A stretch of DNA of 64,000 nucleotides from Macrostomum lignano (lineage: Eukaryota), in the NCBI GenBank assembly GCA_002269645.1, contig NIVC01000028.1, forward strand, positions 1 through 64,000, written 5' to 3'. A program made the position numbers and the translations under genes. The notes under the pieces were generated by a model. It was not told the origin of the DNA, made no database searches, and saw only the letters and a program-made list of their open reading frames with translations. This document shows, one piece after another, positions 39,748 through 51,827 of the stretch; position 1 is the stretch's first letter; each line of letters opens with the position of its first letter.

Positions 39748-42715
39748 GTCTGCCTGTCTGTCTGTCTATCTGTCTGTCTTTCTGTCTGTGCCAGCCAGCC
39801 AGCCCACCACCTCTCCGCAGGACCGTGAATTCGTGGAAATCGACCACCTTCAGCCCCATCGGCTCGGTGCCAGGTCCGGCCGCCTCATCAGCGGCGGCAG
39901 CAGCGCGGGCGGCAACTGCTCAAGCGACCATGCTGCTGCAGCGGCAGTCGCTGGCCGCAACGCCGTCTCCAGAAGCTCCGGCGGCAACAACGATTTCGAC
40001 TTCAGCCCGCGAGACGACGGAGAGGCTGAGGAGGCGGACGCCGCGGCGGCACTTGGCGAGGATGACGACGCTGACGGCGCCTCCGGCTGCTGCCCGAAAC
40101 GGCGCGGTCGACGTCGCGGTCATCGACGACACGACGAAGAAGTGAAAGAGGGCCGGGCGCACCTGGTGAGCTTGTTTTTTTTTGTTAATTTAAGCATGGC
40201 TTGCTTTTCAAAAACTCCTCCTGACTCGGTATTATTTTTTTCATGACCTTGTCACAGACTTATTTGTGAGGTTATTTGATTATAAATCTCCAATCCCAGA
40301 TCCCATATCCTAGATCCCATATCCCAGATCCCCGATCCTTGATCCCAGATCCTTGATCCCAGATCATTGATCCAAATCCTTGATCCCAGATCCTTGATCC
40401 CAAATCCTTGATCCCAGATCCTTGATCCCAGATCCTTGATCCCAAACCCTATATCCTAGATTCCAGCTCCTATATCCCATATACAAATTCCAGATCACAT
40501 AACCTAAATCTTAGATCCTAAATCCCAAATCCCAAATCCTAGATCCCAAATCCAAGAGTCCTAATCTTAGATCCAAAATCTCAGATCCTATATCCCAAAT
40601 TCTAGATCCCAGATCCCAAATTCTGGATCCGAAATCCCAGAAACCTGATCTTAGATCCCAAATCCCAGAACCCGAATTCTAGATCCAGCTGCGGTGTGAT
40701 TTCTAACGCTAACATTTTTTTCTGCATCGAATATACTGAAACTTGCGCGTATTATCACTGGTTTTCGACAGATGCTACTTAATTATTATTTAGTTAGTAG
40801 AATAATGCGCTTCCTTGCTGGATTCAGTTGTTCATATTTATTCTATGCTTCAAATATTTTAGCTACGCCAGTTTCGGGTAAGTTATGTAAATTAGTTATT
40901 TGACGTACGTACTTGATGCTGTTTTAAATTTTATTTATTGATTAATTGTAATATGTGCCAATTGCGATGTTTTACGTTTAATAGATTCTTTTTTTCATCA
41001 ATTGCCTATTGTATGGTGTCAGTTTTGCATTCGTCTCTTACGTGTGTTCACCTGGTCAAAATTGGTTTGCAGCCGTTGCGTAATTGGACATACTTGGGCA
41101 CGTCTGTGTTGACAGATTTTGCAAGCTCAAACATGAATTTTTGGACACCTAATCTTCCAATACAAATGCTGCATTTGCAAGCTTCATCTTCGGATACTAT
41201 TAATCTTCAGATATTCCATCTTTTTTCGGATCTTCGGAACTATCAATCTTCGGACACTATCAATCTTCGAATACTTCGGACACTTTCAATCTTTGGACGC
41301 TTCTAATATTTGGACACTCCATCTTCGGACACTATCAATCTTTGGACACTATCAGTCTTCGGACACTATCAATCTTTGGACACTATCAATCTTCGGACAC
41401 TATCAATCTTTGGACACTATCAATCTTCGGACACTATCAGTCTTCGGACACTATCAATCTTTGGACACTATCAGTCTTCGGACACTATCAATCTTTGGAC
41501 ACTATCAGTCTTCGGACACTATCAGTCTTCGGACACTATCAATCTTTGGACACTATCAATCTTCGGACACTATCAATCTTTGGACACTATCAATCTTCGG
41601 ACACTATCAGTCTTCGGACACTATCAATCTTTGGACACTATCAGTCTTCGGACACTATCAATCTTTGGACACTATCAGTCTTCGGACACTATCAATCTTC
41701 GGACACTATCAATCTTCGGACACTATCAATCTCCAGACACTATCAATCTTCGGACACTATCAATCTTCGGACACTATCAATCTTCGGACACTATCAATCT
41801 TTGGACACTATCAATCTTCGGACACTATCAATCTTCGGACACTATCAATCTTCGGACACTATCAATCTCCGTGCACTATCAATCTTCGGATACTTCGGAC
41901 ACTTTCAATATTTGGACGCTTCTAATATTTGGACACTCCATCTTCGGACACTATCAATCTTCGGACACTATCAATCTTTGGACTCTATCAATCTCCAGAC
42001 ACTATCAATCTTCGGACACTATCCATCTTCGAACAATATCAATCTCTGGATACTCCATCTTCGGACACTTTGGACACTCAAATCTTCGGACAGTCTATAT
42101 TCGGACACGTACCTGAAACTTTTCTATATGTAACTTTTGGGGCAGTGAAATTTCAAGCAATGCGCTCGTAATGCACAAGAAATGAACGCGAGAAATTTTA
42201 GTAAACTGATTTTTCAAGTCTTTTAGCGAGTTGACTTCTGTCTGTCTGTCAGTGTAAATTTTACTATTTAGCATCTCCCATCCCTACTTTTGCGCGATCT
42301 TAGCTGCATGACTACCTTTTCATGTTTCTTCTCTTAGTTCTCTAAAGTAGATCTCTAATAATTTCAACATTAAAGTGGATATTCAAATTTTAAAAAAAGA
42401 CAATTTCATTAATCTGTAGCCGAATTTCTTCCATTTTCAGCCCGCAAAAGAGAATCTTGAAGGGCTCTCGGACTTCAATCAAGCCAACTCTAAGCGCCAA
42501 GGTAGGTTATAAAAGTGTTATTACACTAATTATTACATAAAATGCTTAACCTCTACTAAAAGTATTTTAATGGAACATTGGCTGTGAAATTTTTTTGCCG
42601 AAAATTGTCAGGCTACGGCGGAGACACCACGGTGGCCATCGTGAGCGCCCCGTCCGGCTCCCGGGCCAACCCGCCCCAGTATGACGACATTAGCAGGGAG
42701 AGCAGCTCTCTGTGA
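27342..42715 (+). CDS. Shal: Voltage-gated K+ channel Shal/Kv4 alpha subunit, 6 exons, 669 aa
   Basis: Exons 27342-28450, 38985-39147, 39318-39545, 39821-40165, 42441-42501, 42612-42715 (2010 nt, phases consistent; the last two exons are less certain). Motifs: N-terminal [15 protein letters not shown]1 domain with H-x5-C-x20-CC zinc motif, S4 [15 protein letters not shown], pore TMTTLG|YGDMVP, S6 [48 protein letters not shown]. Confidence 0.97.
29428..29570. repeat. (GACT)n microsatellite in Shal intron 1
   Basis: Directly visible. Confidence 0.98.
30207..31885. repeat. Minisatellite, 32-bp unit (GTGGATTGCTAATCTATGCTACTGAGGATGTA) with an internal block of 36-bp variants (~30980-31400)
   Basis: Period of 32 at 30241/30273. 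The 36-bp variant produces the spurious [15 protein letters not shown]. Confidence 0.98.
32335..34005. repeat. Minisatellite, 34-36-bp unit (TTATTGACAATCAAACTACAGAGAAATTGTCAGACT)
   Basis: Head-to-tail units whose variants change progressively along the array. Confidence 0.97.
34615..36232. repeat. Pyrimidine-rich minisatellite, ~22-24-bp unit (TTTCTCCCCACACTCTCCCCCCG)
   Basis: Plus strand is almost entirely C/T; minus strand has repeated G4-G7 runs. Confidence 0.97.
37235..38950. repeat. Minisatellite of interleaved ~19-bp units (TTCATCATCTATCCGCCCC / TTCATCAGCCACCCGCCCC) with higher-order blocks
   Basis: A diagnostic block (CAGCCATCGACCCC...CCTCTACATC) recurs near 37645, 38188 and 38484. 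The array ends ~35 bp before Shal exon 2. Confidence 0.96.
39553..39790. repeat. (CTGT)n microsatellite filling Shal intron 3
   Basis: Occupies most of intron 39546-39820. Confidence 0.97.
40290..40690. repeat. Degenerate 7-mer-based repeat (CCCAGAT/CCCAAAT/CCTTGAT) in Shal intron 4
   Basis: Same monomer family as 42860-43910. Confidence 0.88.
41235..42100. repeat. Minisatellite, 17-bp unit (GGACACTATCAATCTTC)
   Basis: Period of 17 at 41701/41718. A divergent block (CACTTTCAAT..GGACGCTTCTAATATTTGGACACTCC) is duplicated near 41280 and 41900. Confidence 0.96.
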
Positions 42716-42859
42716 CCTTCTGACGTACCTTTTTGTGTTTTGCTTTTTTCTCGTTTTTAATTGATTTTTTTATTTTCAGCTTGGTTAGAACAGTGGCCTG
42801 GTTGGCAGCAATTTGATTATTATCACATGACCCCACTTGGTCCAAGAAGTAGATATCAC

Positions 42860-43910
42860 AGATCCCAGATCCCAAATCCAAAATCCCAGGTCCCAAATCT
42901 CAAGTCCCAAATCCCCGATCTTAAATCCCCGATCCTAGATCTCAAATCCAAGATTCCAGATCCTAGATCCCAAATCCCAAGTCCCAGATCCTAGATTCCA
43001 AATCCCAAGTCCCAGATCCTAGATTCCAAATCCAAGATCCCAGATCCTAGATTCCAGATCCCAGATCCTAAATCCCAGATTCTAGATTCTAAATCCAAGA
43101 TCCGAGATCCTTGATTCCAAATCTAAAATCCCAGATCTTTGATTCCAACTCCAAGATCCCAGATCCTAGATTCCAAGTCCAAGATCTCAGATCTCAGATC
43201 CCAAATCCCAGATCCCGAATCCCAGATCTCATATCCCAAATCCCAGGTCCTAAATCTCAGATCTCAGATCCCAAGTCCCAGGTCCCAGATCTCAGATCCC
43301 ATATCACAGGTCCTAAATCTCAGATCTCATATCCCAAATCCCTGGTCCCAGATCTCAGATTTCAAATCACAGGTTATAAATCTAATATTCCAAAGATCCC
43401 AAATCCGAGATCTCAGATCCCAAATCCCAGGTCCTAAATCTCAGATCTCAGATCCCAAGTCCCAGGTCCCAGATCTCAGATCCCATATCACAGGTCCTAA
43501 ATCTCAGATCTCATATCCCAAATCCCTGGTCCCAGATCTCAGATTTCAAATCACAGGTTATAAATCTAATATTCCAAAGATCCCAAATCCGAGATCTCAG
43601 ATCCCAAATCCCAGGTCCTAAATCTCAGATCTCAGATCCCAAGTCCCAGGTCCCAGATCTCAGATCCCATATCACAGGTCCTAAATCTCAGATCTCATAT
43701 CCCAAATCCCTGGTCCCAGATCTCAGATTTCAAATCACAGGTTATAAATCTAATATTTCAAAGATCCCAAATCCCAGATCTCAGATCCCAAATCCCAGAT
43801 TCTAAATCTCAGTTCTCATATCCCAAATCCCAGGTCCTAAATCCCAGATCTCAGATCCCAAATCCCAGGTCCTAAATCCCAGATCTCAGATCCCAAATCC
43901 CAGATCCCAG
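42860..43910. repeat. 7-mer-based satellite with three copies of a 184-bp higher-order unit
   Basis: The marker AGGTTATAAATCTAATA occurs at 43371, 43555 and 43739. Confidence 0.93.
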
Positions 43911-44774
43911 AGTAAGATTTGAGCAGTTTCCTTAACCGCAGGTCACTTTTCCGCAGTCAAAATTCTGTGCTTTGTGTCGACGACTTTCTTTCAATTTTGT
44001 GTGCTCCAGTCGCTGAAATGCATTGTCTAGTCAGAGAGTTGGTCCTGTCAGGTTTATTTTCTGCATATTTTTGGTCCACATAGATTCCCCCCCGAGTCGT
44101 TTTAGTCTGCAGTGCAAATATGCGCCATTATGTCGACCAGCTAATCCTGAAAAGTTATTTGTAAATTTCTTTTTTTTTCTTCTAGTCAGAGTTTTAACTT
44201 TTGCGGGTATTTTTTCAAATTCGAAATGTGTGTTGCAATGGTACAGTTTTACAAAAATAGAACTGTAAATTAATTTGCTATAGTACTTTTACCTGGAAAA
44301 TATTTATTAATTTAGCTATCGCTAATAACTGTCTGCATTTTTTAAGAAAAGCTTCAATGAGCGCTATACGAGCGTAGATTGATGATTTATTGTCACTATG
44401 AGTTAACTAAAAGTTGAGTCAGTGTGTCTACAAAACAGGTTGTGATAGCAGAGCTTAGGTCCAAAGCTTCGAAGCTTCAGTATTTTATACTCATGCATAT
44501 ATTCGAAACATATTCTCAGACTTGTTCTCCTCTGAATGCTTTATTGTTTGCCATTTTGATAATTCTTGTTTCAGTTGGCCTCTTGTGATCAGCTGACTTG
44601 TAGTTTTGTTACCAATTTGTACTTTGTAGTGTCCATGATTTTTGCTTATTAATATTTTTGAATTAAACTTGATCTCACCTACATTTCGAGTAACTTTAGT
44701 CTCATGGTAAATCATTGTTTATTTATCATCCCAAAATTAATTCTCCTTGATCAACAAATATATCATTTGCCGTA

Positions 44775-45800
44775 CAGAATTTACCATTTACCATCCCCAG
44801 AATCTTTGATTTACCATCCTCAGAATCTCTCATTTACAATCCTCAGAATCTTTCATTTACCATCCCCAGAATCTCTCATTTACCATCCTCAGAATCTCTC
44901 ATTTACCATCCCCAGAATCTTTCATTTACCATCCCCAGAATCTCTCATTTACCATCCCCAGCATCTCCCATTTACCATCCCCAGAATCTCTCATTTACAA
45001 TCCTCAGAATCTCTCATTTACCATCCCCAGAATCTTTCATTTACCATCCCCAGCATCTCTCATTTACCATCCCCAGCATCTCCCATTTACCATCCCCAGA
45101 ATCTCTCATTTACAATATTCAGAATCTCTCATTTACCATCCCCAGAATCTTTCATTTACCATCCCCAGAATCTCTCATTTACCATCCCCAGAATCTCTCA
45201 TTTACCATCCCCAGAATCTCTCATTTACCATCCCCAGAATCTTTCATTTACCATCCCCAGAATCTTTCATTTACCATCCCCAGAATCTCTCATTTACCAT
45301 CCCCAGAATCTCTCATTTACAATCCTCAGAATCTCTCATTTACCATCCCCAGAATCTCTCATTTACAATCCTCAGAATCTCTCATTTACCATCCCCAGAA
45401 TCTTTCATTTACCATCCCCAGCATCTCTCATTTACCATCCCCAGCATCTCTCATTTACCATCCCCAGAATCTCTCATTTTCCATCCTCATAATCTCATTT
45501 ACCATCCCTAGCATCTCTCATTTGCCATCCCCAGAATCTCTCATTTACCATCCTCATAATCTCATTTACCATCCCCAGCATCTCTCATTTACCATCCCCA
45601 GCATCTCTCATTTGCCATCCCCAGAATCTCTCATTTACCATCCTCATAATCTCATTTACCATCCCCAGCATCTCTCATTTACCATCCCCAGAATCTCTTA
45701 TTTACCATCCCCAGAATCTGTCATTTACCATCCTCAGAATCGCTAATTTACCATCCCCAGAATCTCTCATTTGCCATCCCCAGAATCTCTCATTTGCCAT
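44775..45800. repeat. Minisatellite, 23-bp unit (ATTTACCATCCCCAGAATCTCTC)
   Basis: Directly visible; about 44 copies. Confidence 0.97.
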
Positions 45801-46319
45801 CCCCAGAAATTTTGCACCTTATTTTGAATTTCAGGTTCTTATATCGTCTCTGCTAGCGATGCTCAAGTTTGTATTATGATGCAATTCTTTACCTAAACAT
45901 GATTTACCCTTTGTTAACTAAATCATTATGGGTCTTCTGTTTTTAGTAGAAATTTTAAAACCATAAATTACTTAACTGAGTTACTGGCTAATTGAACGTC
46001 TATGTAAGTTTTTTTGCTTGCAGATATTGTCATTACATGTAGGCCACTGGCTTGATTTTAGCGAATCTCATTTTGCTTTCCGGAAGTTTTTGATGCATAT
46101 AGCAAATACATAATTCTTGAAGTTGTCTGATGTGTTCAAGTGAATATTATTAGGTATTTTAACCTTTGTGTTTTAACATAATTATGTTAATGAGCATTTC
46201 AAATTAGGCTTACATTGTTTTTGTTTTTTTACACACATCTTGACTGAAGTTTCATGATGCATCTAATCTCCATTATCGATTGTTGTTCTTTAATGAATTT
46301 TACTTCATTTTTTATTATG

Positions 46320-47530
46320 ATTCTTCCCCTGAGTCTTTGTTTCATTCTGATTCTCACTCTGAGTCTTTGTTTCATTCTGATTCTCACCCTTAGTCTTTGT
46401 TTCATTCTGATTCTCACCCTTAGTCTTTGTTTCATTCTGATTCTCACTCTGAGTCTTTGTTTCATTCTGATTCTCACCCTTAGTCTTTGTTTTATTCTGA
46501 TTCTCACCCTGAGTCTTTGCTCTTTGTTTCATTCTGATTCTCACCCTGAGTCTTTGTTTCATCCTGATTCTCACCCTGAGTATTTGCTTCATTCTCATTT
46601 CTCACCCTAAGTCGTTGCTCTTTGTTTCATTCTGATTCTCACCCTGAGTCTTTGTTTCATTCTGATTCTCACCCCAAATCTTTGTTTCATTCTGATTCTC
46701 ACCCTGAGTACTTGCTTCATTCTGATTCTCACCCTAAGTCGTTGCTCTTTGTTTTATTCTGATTCTCACCCAGAGTCTTTGTTTCATTCTGATTCTCACC
46801 CCAAATCTTTGTTTCATTCTGATTCTGACCCTGAGTCTTTGTTTCATTCTGATTCTCACCCTGAGCCTTTGTTTCATTCTGATTCTCACCCTGAGCCTTT
46901 GTTTCATTCTGATTCTCACCCTGAGCCTTTGTTTCATTCTGATTCTCACCCTGAGCCTTTGTTTCATTCTGATTCTCACCCTGAGCCTTTGTTTCATTCT
47001 GATTCTCACCCTGAGCCTTTGTTTCATTCTGATTCTCACCCTGAGCCTTTTTTCATTCTGATTCTCACCCTGAGCCTTTGTTTCATTCTGATTCTCACGT
47101 TGACTCTTTGTTTCATCCTGATTCTCACCCTGAGTCTTTGTTTCATTTTGATTCTCACCCCGAATCTTTGTTTCATTCTGCTTCTCACCCCGAATCTTTG
47201 TTTCATTCTGATTCAAACCCCGAATCTTTGTTTCATTCTGATTCTAACCCTGAGTCTTTGTTTCATTCTGATTCTAACCCCGAGTCTTTGTTTCATTCTG
47301 ATTCTCACCCTGAGTATCTGCTTCATTCTGATTCTCACCATAAGTCGCTCTTTGTTTCATTCTGATTCTAACCCTGAGTATTCGTTTCATCCTGATTCTC
47401 ATCTGAGTCTTTGTTTCATCCTGATTCTCACCCTGAGTATTTGCTTCATTCTGATTCTCACTCTGAGTATTTGCTTCATTCTGATTCTCACCCTGAGTAT
47501 TTGTTTCATTTTGATTCTCACCACAAATCA
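46320..47530. repeat. Minisatellite, 30-bp unit (AGTCTTTGTTTCATTCTGATTCTCACCCTG)
   Basis: 10-aa periodicity (SLFHSDSHPE) in the ORF track; ends ~120 bp upstream of the SDR ATG. Confidence 0.97.
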
Positions 47531-47651
47531 GTCTTATTCTGAGTCTTTGTCTTTGACTTTGAAATTCATCCGCCTTCATGATTTGCTCGAACCGCATTGG
47601 CAGTTTAAAAAATCAATAAAACAAATATTTAAACTCTCAAAGCTACCTGAA

Positions 47652-49895
47652 ATGTCTCTGCTGTGCTCTTTGTGCAGCATCCCGCTGTCCTGGGCCATCG
47701 CAGTCGCCTCGCTAGCCTACCTGGCTTATAAACTGTTCGATCGGAAGCGCAGAGCCGAGCTGGCCGACATTCCCTCAGACTGGCGTTCCGTTCTGGTCAC
47801 CGGTTGCGACACCGGCTTCGGTCACCAGCTGGCCCTGCGCCTGGCTGGCAAGGGCTGGTGCGTCCTGGCCGGCTGCCTCACCCAGGCCGCTGTGGACAAG
47901 TTCTCGGCCATGGGCAATCAAAATCTGGTCCCGATTCGGATGGATGTCACTGACGAGGAGTCGGTGAAGTCTGCCGTAGCGAAGGCGGAAGTTGCGTTGA
48001 AAGACCGCAAGCTGTGCGGCCTGTGGGGCGTGGTTAACAACGCTGGTATTAGCGGCAGCAGGATGGGCCCGACAGAGTTCCTCAGTGCCGACGATTTTCA
48101 TCAGGTGTTTGCCGTTAATGTCTTCGGAATCGCTAACGTGACCAGGTGAATGCTTGATCTAGCCAATGCAGCAATGTGCCAAAATGGTGCATGTAGGGTA
48201 ACCAATGTGACTCCCTTACGCCACGACACCCGTAAATGAGTTTTCACAGCTACGTGTGTCTGGTGGGGGCCGCAACCCAGAGATCTAACGCGGAGCTTCT
48301 ATGTGCCAGCGGCCCAGGCTCGATTCCAAGTGCAGTCACATTAATTTGGGGCTGAATTGGAATCTCGGCTTGGCTCTGTTCGTGCAATTAACGGCCTTGA
48401 AGGCCAACCCCCAAGGCGCAGTGAAGTGTACATGCCTAACGATAAATAAAGTTAGGGCCGCTGTACACTCCTGTGTGAGTGTGTGCCTGTGTGTGTGACT
48501 GCGTACGTATCCGCACGCTTGTGTGCCTGCTCAGGGTAGTCGGCGGAATGGGCGATAACGCCTGTCGCCGGTTGTGTGACAATGAGCCCTGCCTTTATTT
48601 GTAATAAAAACATGACTGATCTCTGTAAAACTTGCTCGCAGGTCTTTCCTGCCACTGATGAGGCGCCTGCCAGCAGGCCGGCTGGTGAACACCTCCAGCA
48701 TCTTTGGCCGATTCGCCTCGCCCGGGGCTGCGCCGTATTGCGCCTCCAAGTTTGCTGTGCAGGTGAGCGAATCTCTGTATTAGTGTAAAGTTGTAAATGA
48801 AGATACTAGGACATATTTTTATTAATATTAATATTATTATTATCATTAATGATGCTAGCGAGCACTCGATGTTTGAAGAGGCTGGGGGAGCAGTCAGTGG
48901 CGGTCAAGGGGTCAGGACGATGCTCAGCAGGTCCTCCGTCAGAGTGGCCCGCAGGTGGTTGTGTGGGCGCTTGGCCTCGGCGTAGGGGCTCCATTGGGTT
49001 GGCATCAGCATCAGGGTTGGCCAGAGAGAATTAAGGCCACCCGCCGACCATGGCTACGGAGGCAGCGGCCCACCTGGAGCAGTCGGCGTCCAGAGCAGCA
49101 GAGCGAGTTTCCGTGATGGGGACCGCCTCCAGCCCATAGAGCAGGATGTGCTCCACGGCTACCCTGAACATCCGGATCTCAGTGTTGCCAGTGGTGCTGA
49201 AGTTGAAAATCTGTTATGACATTTGGTCGCATGACCGGGACGCCCGGGTACTTAAACTCCTGGCAGACGGTATTGTCAGAGTCAAGGTAGTCTCACATAA
49301 AGCACCTTGGTCTTTTTAACGCTAATCTGCAAAGGAGCGTCAAGATGTGATGTACGATTTTAGATATGAAAAATGGTACAACTTAGGCAGGGCAGCTTTC
49401 AAAGTTTAAGTATTTGGATTCAGGAGCGCTTGCTGCTGATCGAGACGCCACTGCGGCTCCTTGAATGCCGACGCCATCCCGCAGGCCCTCAGCGACTGCT
49501 ACCGTCGCGAACTGCGCCAGTTCGGCATTCGGGTGTCGTGCATCGAACCCGGCTTCCACCGGACGCCCATCACTGACAAGACCGCGCTGACCCGCGCCGT
49601 CAACCTCGGCTATCAGGACGCCCCGGCGGAGCTCAGGGACGCCTACGGAGAGTCGTTTCGTCGCGAGAGTGTCGACCGGCTTGACGACCTGCTTCGGTTC
49701 TGCTCGGACAGGCTGGACAAAGTTGTCGACGCGTACGAGGAGGCGCTGACTTCGAAGCATCCACGCTGCCGGCACATGATTGGCTGGGATGCGAAGCTTC
49801 TCTATTGGCCTCTGGCTGTGTTGCCCGAGTGCATCGGAGATACCCTGTTGGCGTTGAGGCTGCCCAGGGCCGCCAAGGCGAGGAAAAATGCTTGA
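47652..49895 (+). CDS. Short-chain dehydrogenase/reductase, RDH/17-beta-HSD6/BDH1-like (SDR9C type), 3 exons, 341 aa
   Basis: Exons 47652-48145, 48642-48762, 49485-49895 (1026 nt, phases consistent). Motifs: N-terminal hydrophobic anchor, VLVTGCDTGFG, GLWGVVNNAGI, RLVNTSS, YCASKF (YxxxK), RRELRQFGIRVSCIEPG, KVVDAYEEAL. Confidence 0.95.
48268..48591 (+). mobile_element. tRNA-derived SINE, copy A (in SDR intron 1)
   Basis: B box GGCTCGATTCC at 48317-48327. The body aligns by eye with 53914-54172 on the minus strand (GTGCAGTCACATTAATTTGGGGCT..AATAAATAAAGTTAGGGCCGCTGTACACTCC..CGCCGGTTGTG). Confidence 0.75.
48830..49180 (-). mobile_element. 5'-truncated non-LTR retrotransposon (RTE-like) 3' fragment in SDR intron 2
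   Basis: Minus strand reads IRMFRVAVEHILLYGLEAVPITETRSAALDADCSR, matching the post-RT motif K.R.F...V.S.LLYG.E.W of RTE-type ORF2, and ends in a (TAA)n-like tail at ~48833-48849. Confidence 0.7.
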
Positions 49896-50591
49896 GATGA
49901 TTAGCTGTATGAAAATTCTATAGTGGGCTACTTAAAGTAGAAAGATGCCGAACTGATTAAAAATAATTTGAACTTGAATGAATGATTGGTAAATAATGAA
50001 GTGTGCTATTTTTTTGCTAAAAGATTTTCTTCCATTGATTTTTAACTATAATTATTATTTTTATACCGCAAAACACGTTTTAACTACTGTTGTGTCTCTC
50101 TGTCAGATGATTCCTATTGAAATCAACGCTAATTCGCTAATCTGGTGGAATGGCTTGCCAATTTTTTTGTTGTAACGTTTTAGAGAACCCAGAAGTGACA
50201 AGAATGACTTTTTTGTATTTGTTAATTATTTCATAACTAAGCTACTCAATCTTAGGCTTGTTTTTTTTAAAGTTTTATTCAGATTGGGTGGGGGAGGTGG
50301 TCAAGTCAATAATGAGCTGAGGTTTTGGGGAGTTCTCTTCGGGTGCAGCTGCCAGGTGTGAAATCTAAAAAGAGCTCATAGACTCCGAAGACATACCGAA
50401 TTAGTCGGGAACATTCGGCCTTATTCAAAAGCTTGTTTTCATTTGACGCAAACCAAATGTTCCGCACTACGTGAAGATGTATGATTCCAACCACTGTCTT
50501 GTACGAGTATTCGGTCTTGTAGAACATTTAATTATGCTGATGACAATAAAACAGCGTCGAGATGTGATCATAGGTAAATTCAGGAGCCACA

Positions 50592-50662
50592 GAGATTGTA
50601 GCCTAGTAGTTGGAGCGTCGAATTCACAACTGAAAGTCAGGGGTTCGATTCTCCCGACGACC
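50592..50662 (+). pseudogene. tRNA-like sequence (tRNA pseudogene or SINE head; CAC at the anticodon position)
   Basis: A-box-like TAGCCTAGTAG and B-box GGTTCGATTCT at tRNA spacing, with a TTCACAA loop. Acceptor and anticodon stems do not pair. Confidence 0.5.
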
Positions 50663-51240
50663 CTTTCAGTCCTTGGACTGAAAAGCCGTATGCAGCCTTC
50701 AGATGCGCCGCGCAAAAGCTGCGGCTGAGCTGTCGGTTGCACATCTGGCCTTAAGGGCAGGTGTAATCAATTATAGTTATATTGATTCTTTATTAGGATA
50801 CTCTTGAGAACGCACAACCTTGATGGGGTTTCGCCATAGACAAATATGAGTTCCTTACCGGCGCTCGTTGCATAGCCGACTGCGCGCCGCCTTCAAGATC
50901 GGCGACGAGCGAGTTTTCAACGCTCCTGCCTGGTCCGTCCAAGCAGGGTACATTATCCGAGGCGAGTCCTACTGCCCACAGCCAATGCGGCAGGAAGTGC
51001 TGCTGCTGACGCTGCAGGTACCCTGTCTGTGTAGACACGTGTGACGCTGGTTTTCTAAAAAGCCTCACTAGAATAGTGACAATAGTTACGAGGTTCTTAT
51101 TGTCCGGAAAATAGTGTTACTTTTACTTGTAGTGGATGTTTCTTCATATTAATTTGCAATTACACAAGTTTGTTGTAGTTTAAAAGCAGAAAGTCTGTTC
51201 TTTAAAATGACTTAAACTGCGCGATCCATTTGGATCTGTA

Positions 51241-51827
51241 CTTTAAGAGATGTGCACTTAAGTAGAAGGAGATCGGTCGTAGACTCAAAGAACCTAGGCG
51301 ATCGGTCCAGCTTCATGTCCCCAGTGAGCCGTCAGGGAACCCAACGGGCACTCAGCTTGACTTGAATCATCTTCTGCAGACACTTTTTAGCTCTGGACTT
51401 CGAGCAATCCAGTCTATCGGCTATATGTATTTCACGGATGCTTTGGCGGCAGTCGATCTTCATCGATCAAGTCAAGAATGAGATCCATTAGGCCGCTGCT
51501 GTTATGGATCTCATGTGGCATCCTGACCTGTCATGTCGCTCAACGTCAGTTCTTTCACCCTTGAACTCGTTCATCCGCCTGTTCAGCCTCATCTTGCTGA
51601 CCCAATGGTCGCCATGCCCAGTCTTTGAATGCGCGCTCATTTGATGATTGACGGATGAAAATTGAGCAACAGATATTTTTCTGCCTAAATTGTGCAGCCG
51701 TGGTTTTGCGTGAGCTTTTCACTATGTCGCTTCTGACCAAAATCAACTCATTCACGCTAAAAATATCGCGATTGCATGTAAGTCTACAAACGATCTCCCT
51801 GTACTCAAGTGCACATATCTCTTAAAA
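51241..51827 (-). mobile_element. Internally deleted Tc1/mariner element with TIRs and TA target duplication
   Basis: Imperfect TIRs CTTTAAGAGATGTGCACTTAAGTA / TACTCAAGTGCACATATCTCTTAAAA, flanked by TA (51239-40, 51828-29). Minus-strand fragments NEFKGERTDVERHDRSG and SIREIHIADRLDCSKSRAKKCLQKMIQVKLSARWVP match the mariner HTH region and WVP motif. Confidence 0.85.

Noticed and set aside
40290-43910. Interstitial telomeric repeat
   Set aside because: The monomers are 7-mers (CCCAGAT/CCTAAAT), not the animal TTAGGG; the resemblance to TTTAGGG is only sporadic.
46749-47651. 300-aa repetitive N-terminal extension in frame with the SDR
   Set aside because: It starts at TTG within a 30-bp satellite with no in-frame ATG before 47652. 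The SDR has a normal N-terminal anchor from 47652.
50592-50662. Functional tRNA-Val(CAC)
   Set aside because: The A/B boxes are present but the acceptor and anticodon stems do not base-pair; kept only as a pseudogene or SINE head.
50793-51068. Exon-like GC-rich segment on the minus strand ending in CCG|GTAAGG
   Set aside because: No partner exons or recognisable protein could be linked; it lies among transposon relics.
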